Shown here one piece after another: positions 63,118 to 64,000 of a DNA stretch of 64,000 bases; position 1 is the first letter of the stretch; each line of letters begins with the position of its first letter. The notes under the pieces are model-generated. The model did no database searches and was not told the origin of the DNA. It worked only from the letters and a program-made list of their open reading frames with translations. The translations under genes were made by a program, and so were the position numbers. Source of the stretch: Kudoa neothunni (taxonomy: Eukaryota; Animalia; Cnidaria); contig OZ199838.1 in assembly GCA_964304625.1 (NCBI GenBank), positions 14,064,960 through 14,128,959 of the forward strand, given 5' to 3'.

Positions 63118-64000
63118 GATTTTAGTCGTCGAATTTTTTAAAAATAAATGTCGTAAACTACAATCCCTAGTTATTATATTGTAGAAGAAAGTGGCTGCTG
63201 ACACTGTAAATAGCCACTTTAAGTATTTATTAGGCTGCATCTCTAAAAGATAGACGAGCCACGAAATAAAGAGCCTGATTATAGTTTTAGAAATATTTGT
63301 TAAATGCTCGTTCCTACAAACATGTTAAGCATTTTGGCCAACTTCTTATTGAGTTTAGTAACCCTGTATAATATAATTCCTTGAAAATCCTTAAGTACGT
63401 CACAAGACCCATTATGAAAAAAGTTTCCCTGTCCAAATTTGATGTTATATGATTTATCCCCTGTTATTTATAATTTACCCCTGGTTGAGAATCCCTTTTT
63501 TTACAATACTCATCCAAGTAGATATTACCATTCTCTCTTAAGTTGAAGAAAAATTAATGAAACTTTAATTATAAGCGCTTTACATGATCTATTTATAATG
63601 ATTAAGCCAATACATAGCGAAAAATTTATTAATTTATGACCAAATTTATTAAACAATAATTTATATGCTTTTAGCTATATGGCACCAGGGTAATCAAATA
63701 TAAATTAGACTAAGACTATTCTTCCAGTGAAATCTAACACCAGGGATTATATACGTTCATAAAGTTCCCATTTTTAATAATTATTCGAAAAAATCCCTTT
63801 ATAAGCTGCATTTTCAGCTAATCTGCATATTTTGTTTCAAACAATTATTGACCCAAATATTGTGAAATTTCGTTATTAAAATTTCACTATAATGCGCAAT
63901 TTTCAAAATAAATTTTATTTGTCTAGAATAGGCATTTATTTAAATTAAGTAGGGTTACCCCCGATACCAACTTTGGAGCAGTACTCGGTAATCGTCAAAG

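Noticed and set aside
63240-64000. Possible decayed minus-strand coding sequence
   Set aside because: Only short open stretches with stops, no recognisable motif, and truncated by the window end.
1-64000. CRISPR arrays, rRNA genes or prokaryotic operons
   Set aside because: The sequence is eukaryotic and intron-containing; no regularly spaced repeat-spacer array or rRNA-like block was seen.

Overview
Very AT-rich eukaryotic DNA, almost certainly metazoan (EGR-type zinc finger, treslin, SLMAP and MTRES1 homologues). Genes are extremely compact, with most introns GT-AG and about 40-80 nt, and they sit among dense, decayed transposons. Recognisable genes are eIF5 (-), eIF4A3 (+), NAA30/MAK3 (-) head-to-head with a shortened treslin/TICRR (+), UTP23 (+), MTRES1-like (+), SLMAP-like (+) and an EGR-like C2H2 factor (+), plus one unidentified multi-exon gene (-). 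Mobile DNA includes pogo/Tigger, piggyBac, MULE, Tc1/IS630-like, hAT, Merlin/ISXO2 and Helitron relics, with a MULE holding three nested insertions at 25.3-31.8 kb. The most interesting observations are: (1) three tRNA-headed SINEs from two families with different bodies but a shared ~200-nt, apparently structured 3' module; (2) a poor-context uORF ending 1 nt before the eIF5 start, plus a frame break in an A9 run inside eIF5; (3) a recurring GCGCA (NRF1-like) motif close to start codons; (4) a miniaturised treslin on a 99-bp bidirectional promoter. All gene and TE identities come from manual translation and recalled motifs, not database searches. The species cannot be determined. I found no convincing wholly new multi-gene system.
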